Assembly: GCA_964016885.1 (NCBI GenBank)
Contig: OZ024741.1
Span: 40,362,001-40,426,000 of the forward strand
Source of the DNA: Eledone cirrhosa
Taxonomy: Eukaryota
Length of the DNA: 64,000 bases
Direction: 5' to 3'
Shown: positions 55,861 through 64,000 of the stretch, piece after piece
Layout of the letters: each line of letters begins with the position of its first letter
How positions within the stretch are numbered: position 1 is the stretch's first letter
Notes under the pieces: generated by a model
What the model was told of the DNA's origin: nothing
The model's database searches: none
What the model saw: only the letters and a program-made list of their open reading frames with translations
Program-made: the position numbers and the translations under genes

Positions 55861-56179
55861 TTCCTTCCTCTGCCTTTTTCTTCCGCCGCACTTGTTCGGC
55901 TCCTACTCTCTCACTCTCACAATATCGCTCCCTCCGCCATCTCTCTCTCTAGCTACTCTCTCTCTCCCTCCCTCTCTATCTCTATCTCTCGTTCGTTCTC
56001 TTTCCTTCTCTCCCTTTCTCCCGCCCCCTCTCTCTATCAATCTCTCCCTCTTTAACTATCTCATGAAGGCTGTCACTCTCTTCTTATCTTTCATCTAAGC
56101 AGTAAGGATAACAACAAAGATAATTGGAAAAAGAAAGAGAGAAGAAGTATTCAACTAAAAAATACACAACTTAAAATAT

Positions 56180-57338
<1,159 letters not shown>

Positions 57339-57541
57339 TGCATGCATGAATGCATATATCTATGCTCGTATAAATTTACTCCTAAAATTATCCCTGTCAT
57401 ACAAACGAAAAACAAATATTATATTACAAGATATGTACGTAGAAAATATTCATATTAAAAATATATTCATATGATTATACTCATAAAAATGTTAATGTAA
57501 AAGTATGCATATATAAATCACTTTGATATTTATACACACAT

Positions 57542-57689
<148 letters not shown>

Positions 57690-57971
57690 GTATATATATA
57701 TATATATACGTATATATATATATATATATGTATGTATATATGTATATATATATATATATATATGCACGTGTGTGTACATCTTTATGTATACTGACTTATA
57801 CTGATATATATATAGTTAAAACTACATATCACTGTTTACATATGTAAATATATATTATATACACACATATACACACATATATAAAGTCTATATAACTATA
57901 TACCTACCTATCTTTATATCTATCTCAACCTCTTTCCCGCTCTTTCCCTCTCTTCTCCTGTCTCTTTTCCT

Positions 57972-58055
<84 letters not shown>

Positions 58056-58091
58056 ATATTTATACGCGTATGTATCGACACACATATATGC

Positions 58092-58143
<52 letters not shown>

Positions 58144-58157
58144 TATATATATGTATG

Positions 58158-58298
<141 letters not shown>

Positions 58299-58486
58299 GG
58301 AAATATATTTATATATATATATTTATAGAAAAACATATGTATTTGAATGAGTTTTTGTACACATCAAAGTGCCCTAAAGTGTATGTGTCTATGAAATATT
58401 GGGAACTGTTGTCTGATAGACTGTACACTAGATATTTTAACAACCTACATTTTGTGGCTTATGACTCTCTCTCTCTCGCTCTCTCT

Positions 58487-58563
<77 letters not shown>

Positions 58564-58585
58564 GGTATGAAGAGATATTTTATGG

Positions 58586-58621
<36 letters not shown>

Positions 58622-59311
58622 CTAGCAGTGGTATCCGGCGTTGCACGGGATAAGGTATTTTGGAACGCGGGCCGCCAATAGACCTTATCCTGGAAAAACT
58701 GCATCCCTGGACAATATGTAAAGAAAATAAACCGAATACTCTGATGACTGGATAATCTAAGATTTTCATCGATGAAGCAGGAAATGAATTTTTTTTAATT
58801 TTTGAAATTTTTTTTGAAATTTTTCTATTTTTTTGAAATTTTTTTTTTTATTTTTGAATTTTCAGCAAAATCGGCGAGATGTAACGCCTCAAAAAAGCCC
58901 TAAAAGGCTGAAAAAATGAAGCTTTTCACTTAATGCGGGCCCTAGACCCTTAAAAAGTTGGATTTTCTTTGCTTACGGTATGAAAAAGAGACTGACTAAT
59001 ACATAGTTACAATTTCAAGGAAATCGGCCTGATGTAACGCCTAAAAAAACCCCTAAAAAGCTGAAAAAAACGCAGTTTTTCACCTAATGCGGAACCTAGG
59101 GGATCAAAAAGTTGAATTTTTTTTATGTGCATAACACTCCCTGAAACATAAGTAATACACATGTAAAGTTTGAAAATAAATCGGTTGCGTACTTCTCGGG
59201 TTTCACACACACACACACACAAACGCACATACACACATACACACATACACACATACATACATACACACATACATACTTCCTTCCTCAGTTTTATATATAT
59301 ACATATATAGA
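58622..59311 (-). mobile_element. Non-autonomous Helitron
   Basis: The minus strand starts A|TCTATA..TATAAAACTGAG + (TG) microsatellite and ends CCCGTGCAACGCCGGATACCACTG-CTAG|T. No TSD; internal ~110-bp direct repeat (about 58868 and 59021). Confidence 0.85.
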
Positions 59312-59400
59312 TTAAAATAACAGATTAAAGTTTAAGCAAAAATCGTTGCTTTCACCCTTCACCCTTAACGGGATCTTCTGAAATTAAAAACATCAAGCTG
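59312..59400 (-). mobile_element. PLE-type family A 3' end (5' extent uncertain)
   Basis: Matches 22545-22608 including the CAGAAGA core; separated from its (TA)n by the Helitron. Confidence 0.75.
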
Positions 59401-59599
59401 TGAACGCAGAAGTAAATATTTTGATAAACGGTGCAACCGAAGGAAAACAGGAAGACGAATCTTTGGTTCGTGAAGACGTTCCCTGGCAATGAACGGAAAA
59501 TAGCGAACATAATACGTCATCAATGTTCGTCAGAATGTCGTAATGCAGACAGCCAGGCATACAGACAGATATTATAAGAGCGCGACGAAGATGGAAATC

Positions 59600-59772
59600 C
59601 AGCGCCTAACACCCCTTTAACAACAGAAAATTGAAAAATAAAAGTTGCAGTTAATATCTTTAGACCGCAAGGAATATATAAATGCAAGTTTGAAGTCAAT
59701 GGCTTTGTATAGACTTTGCAATAATTAGGACAAACACACACACACAGACAACATCAGTTTTATATATATAGA
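59600..59772 (-). mobile_element. 5' fragment of a related Helitron
   Basis: TCTATATATATAAAACTGATG + (TG)n + ..TTCAAACTT, as in 59160-59311. Confidence 0.55.
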
Positions 59773-60057
59773 TATACACGAGTATGTTTGTTTACATGTG
59801 TGAGTACGTGTATATATACTTACACACATATATACATGCATGCATACATACATCATACATACATACATACATATACATATACATACATACATACATACAT
59901 ACATACATACATACATACATACATACATACATACATACATACATACATACATGATGGCTGCCCCCTCGTTATCGAGTATGGCCATACATGCATATGAGGA
60001 TCATTCAAGACGTTTGGAGATTTTTACCTTTCAAGCACTTTTAATTGAACTGCGTAT

Positions 60058-61845
60058 CTCTCATTCTAATAGATCATTGGTATGGTTATAATAAGTTAAC
60101 TCTCATTCTAATAGATCTTGGTATGGTTATAATAAGTTAACTCTCATTCTAATAGATCCTTGGTATGGTTATAATAAGTTAACTCTCATTCTAATAGATC
60201 TTGGTATGGTTATAATAAGTTAACTCTCATTCTAATAGATCCTTGGTATGGTTATAATAAGTTAACTCTCATTCTAATAGATCCTTGGTATGGTTATAAT
60301 AAGTTAACTCTCATTCTAATAGATCCTTGGTATGGTTATAATAAGTTAACTCTCATTCTAATAGATCCTTGGTATGGTTATAATAAGTTAACTCCCATTC
60401 TAATAGATCCTTGGTATGGTTATAATAAGTTAACTCTCATTCTAATAGATCTTGGTATGGTTATAATAAGTTAACTCTCATTCTAATTGATCCTTGGTAT
60501 GGTTATAATAAGTTAACTCTCATTCCAATAGATCCTTGGTATGGTTATAATAAGTTAACTCTCATTCTAATAGATCCTTGGTATGGTTATAATAAGTTAA
60601 CTCTCATTCTAATAGATCCTTGGTATGGTTATAATAAGTTAACTCCCATTCTAATAGATCCTTGGTATGGTTATAATAAGTTAACTCTCATTCTAATAGA
60701 TCCTTGGTATGGTTATAATAAGTTAACTCTCATTCTAATAGATCCTTGGTATGGTTATAATAAGTTAACTCTCATTCTAATTGATCCTTGGTATGGTTAT
60801 AATAAGTTAACTCCCATTCTAATAGATCCTTGGTATGGTTATAATAAGTTAACTCTCATTCTAATAGATCTTGGTATGGTTATAATAAGTTAACTCTCAT
60901 TCTAATTGATCCTTGGTATGGTTATAATAAGTTAACTCTCATTCCAATAGATCCTTGGTATGGTTATAATAAGTTAACTCTCATTCTAATAGATCCTTGG
61001 TATGGTTATAATAAGTTAACTCTCATTCTAATAGATCCTTGGTATGGTTATAATAAGTTAACTCCCATTCTAATAGATCCTTGGTATGGTTATAATAAGT
61101 TAACTCTCATTCTAATAGATCCTTGGTATGGTTATAATAAGTTAACTCTCATTCTAATAGATCCTTGGTATGGTTATAATAAGTTAACTCTCATTCTAAT
61201 TGATCCTTGGTATGGTTATAATAAGTTAACTCTCATTCTAATAGATCCTTGGTATGGTTATAATAAGTTAACTCTCATTCTAATAGATCCTTGGTATGGT
61301 TATAATAAGTTAACTCTCATTCTAATAGATCCTTGGTATGGTTATAATAAGTTAACTCTCATTCTAATAGATCTTGGTATGGTTATAATAAGTTAACTCT
61401 CATTCTAATTGATCCTTGGTATGGTTATAATAAGTTAACTCTCATTCTAATAGATCCTTGGTATGGTTATAATAAGTTAACTCTCATTCTAATAGATCCT
61501 TGGTATGGTTATAATAAGTTAACTCTCATTCTAATAGATCTTTGGTATGGTTATAATAAATTAATTCTCATTCTAATAGATCCTTGGTATGGTTATAATA
61601 TGTTAACTCTCATTCTAATAGATCCTTAATATGGTTATAATAAGTTAACTCTCATTCTCATAGATCCTTGGTGTGGTTATAATAAATTAACTCCCATTCT
61701 AATAGATCCTTGGTATGGTTATAATAAGTTAACTCCCATTCTAATAGATCCTTGGTATGGTTATAATAAGTTAACTCTCATTCTAATAGATCCTTGATAT
61801 GGTTATAATAAATTAACTCTCATTTTAATAGATCCTTGGTATGGT
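60058..61845. repeat. 42-bp minisatellite (CTCATTCTAATAGATCCTTGGTATGGTTATAATAAGTTAACT)
   Basis: About 42 highly similar units. Confidence 0.98.
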
Positions 61846-62870
61846 TATAATAATCTACCATGTTAACTTCCATTATATAGTTATAATAAGTTAACATGTT
61901 AACTTCCATGGTATGGTCATAATAAGTTAACATGTTGACTTCCATGATGTGGTTATAATAAGTTAACATGTTAACTTCCATGATATGGTTATAATAAGTT
62001 AACATGTTAACTTCCATGATATGGTTATAATAATCTACCATGTTAACCTCCATGATATAGTTATAATAATCTACCATGTTAACTTCCATGATATAGTTAT
62101 CATAATCTACCATGTTACCTTCCATGATATGGTTATAATAAGTTAACATGTTAACTTCCATGATATAGTTATAATAATCTACCATGTTAACTTCCATGAT
62201 ATAATTATATTAAGTTAACATGTTAACCTCCATGATATAGTTATAATAATCTACCATGTTAACTTCCATGATATAATTATATTAAGTTAACATGTTAACT
62301 TCACTGATATAGTTATATTAATCTACTATGTTAACTTCCATGATATAGTTATAATAATCTACCATGTTAACTTCCATGATATAGTTATAATAATCTACCA
62401 TGTTAACTTCCATGATATAATTATATTAAGTTAACATGTTAACTTCCATGATATAGTTATATTAATCTACTATGTTAACTTCCATGATATAGTTATAATA
62501 ATCTACCATGTTAACTTCCATGATATAACTATATTAAGTTAACATGTTAACTTGATATAACTATATTAAGTTAACATGTTAACTTCCATGATATAGTTAT
62601 ATTAATCTACTATGTTAACTTCCATGATATAGTTATATTAATCTACCATGTTAACTTCCATGATATAGTTATATTAATCTACTATGTTAACTTCCATGAT
62701 ATGATTATAATAAGTTAACATATAAAATTCAATGATATAGTTATAATAATCTACCATGTTAACCTCCATGATATAGATATAATAATCTACCATGTTAACT
62801 TCCATGATATAGTTATAATAATCTACCATGTTAACTTCCATAATATAGTTATAATAATCTACCATGCCAA
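61846..62870. repeat. 36-bp minisatellite (TTATAATAATCTACCATGTTAACTTCCATGATATAG and variants)
   Basis: 12-aa periodicity (MEVNMVDYYNYI) in the ORF track. Confidence 0.96.
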
Positions 62871-62989
62871 ACTTTCATGAACCGGGTGACCGTTGTCCAC
62901 TGACACTAGAAGTTCCAGAAGGGTGGACAGCAGGTGAGGGACGATGAGTTGATCGACAAAATTTGCCAAATTTCTGGAACATTTGGCAA

Positions 62990-63060
62990 CGTTGTTCAGA
63001 TCCCACCGAGCTCCCTTTTGCCTTTCATCCTGTTGGGATCGATGAAAAAAAGTACAAACC
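62990..63060 (+). mobile_element. Decayed SINE S1 fragment
   Basis: GTTCAGATCCCACCGAG..TTTGCCTTTCATCCTGTTGGGATCGATGAAAAAAAGTAC. Confidence 0.75.
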
Positions 63061-63214
63061 TAGGATTTGTGGCGCCCTCCACCCTTTCAACAATCACATC
63101 CTAGATGCTCAGCCGGATCAATGGAGGCAGCGTAAATGCTGTGTTTGTGTCGGCTTGCGCGATTAATGTACACCTAAATAATTTAGCGAAGCGTCGTGCA
63201 TACTACCAAGAGAT

Positions 63215-63312
<98 letters not shown>

Positions 63313-63323
63313 TATATATATAA

Positions 63324-63991
63324 TAAATGTAATCTGAGATTTTCGAATATTAATAATAACATTCGATTCGTTTGCAATTATGCAAACAAGCCTCATTTTT
63401 ATAGCCATGTTAGTAGAATGAACTCTTCATTCTTGCTCTTGTGTTGGCATGTAAACAGAACTGCAGACACTAGTGTTTCTGGATATCACCCTTCATCAGT
63501 CATCTCACTGTTCACCTGCCAACTGTCAGAGCTAGTGAAAGTATATGCTATTTTCAAAAATATACAGTGACTGATCAATTAGATCTGCATATTAGCAGAT
63601 CCACTGATCAGCCAGATTTGCATATCAGCAGACTGGCCAGTCAGTTTCCTGTATACGAGCGATAAATGGCCGGCTTAGCCAGTCGGCTAATATGCAAATC
63701 AGGCCGATCAGACACTGTATATTTTAGAAAATAGCATATATTTTCACTAGCTCTGACAGTTTGCAGGTGAACAGTGAGCTGTACTGATGAAGGGGGATAC
63801 CCAGAAACATTAGAGTCTGCAGTTCTGTTCACATGCCAACACAAGAGCAAGAATGAAGAGTTCAGTATACTAACATGGCTATAAAAATAAGGCTTGTCTG
63901 CATAATTGCAAACGAATCGATTATTATTAATATTCGAAAAACTCAGATTACTTTTACTGTATTCAGCCATGTAGAGGGAAAGTTTTCTTTA
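63324..63991. mobile_element. PLE-type family J fold-back insertion in (TA)n, ~270-bp diverged arms, HHR in each arm
   Basis: 63324-63600 is the inverse of about 63683-63956; the right side extends about 35 nt further. Confidence 0.88.
63769..63830 (+). ncRNA. Type I hammerhead motif (mirror copy 63453-63513 on minus)
   Basis: GAACAG-TG-AGCTGTA / CTGATGA(63784) / AGGGGGATACCCA / GAAA / CATTAGAG / TC / TGCAGTT-CTGTTC; the mirror copy has palindromic stem III ACACTAGTGT. Confidence 0.8.
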
Positions 63992-64000
63992 TATATATAG

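Noticed and set aside
60058-62870. CRISPR-like array (also considered for 1-6330 and 9621-9960)
   Set aside because: Units are contiguous with no unique spacers, there are no cas genes, and the context is eukaryotic.

Overview
Gene-poor, extremely repeat-rich eukaryotic DNA. It is most likely from an octopod cephalopod; this is inferred from recognisable SINE families and the density of (TA)n/(CA)n/(GA)n tracts, not proven. No intact host gene is evident, and almost all long ORFs in the track are artefacts of micro- or minisatellites. The window holds three minisatellite arrays (32/33 bp at 1-6330, 42 bp at 60058-61845, 36 bp at 61846-62870) and kb-scale trinucleotide and (TA)n tracts. It also holds many tRNA-derived SINEs, RTE and Tx1-like LINE fragments, a full-length decayed DD37D (maT-type) Tc1/mariner, a non-autonomous Helitron, and two families of Penelope-like elements (PLEs; RT + C-terminal GIY-YIG). 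The main signal is a set of at least eight unrelated PLE-type families sitting mostly in (TA)n tracts. Most carry hammerhead-ribozyme (HHR) motifs: canonical, U3-A8 variant, degenerate, and one apparently non-circularly permuted. They share one insertion architecture: two head-to-head pieces whose 3' ends both face outward into (TA)n, ending at two recurrent positions about 35-90 nt apart, with the fold-back point often just 5' of the ribozyme. All RNA structures were folded by eye; none has been computed or tested.
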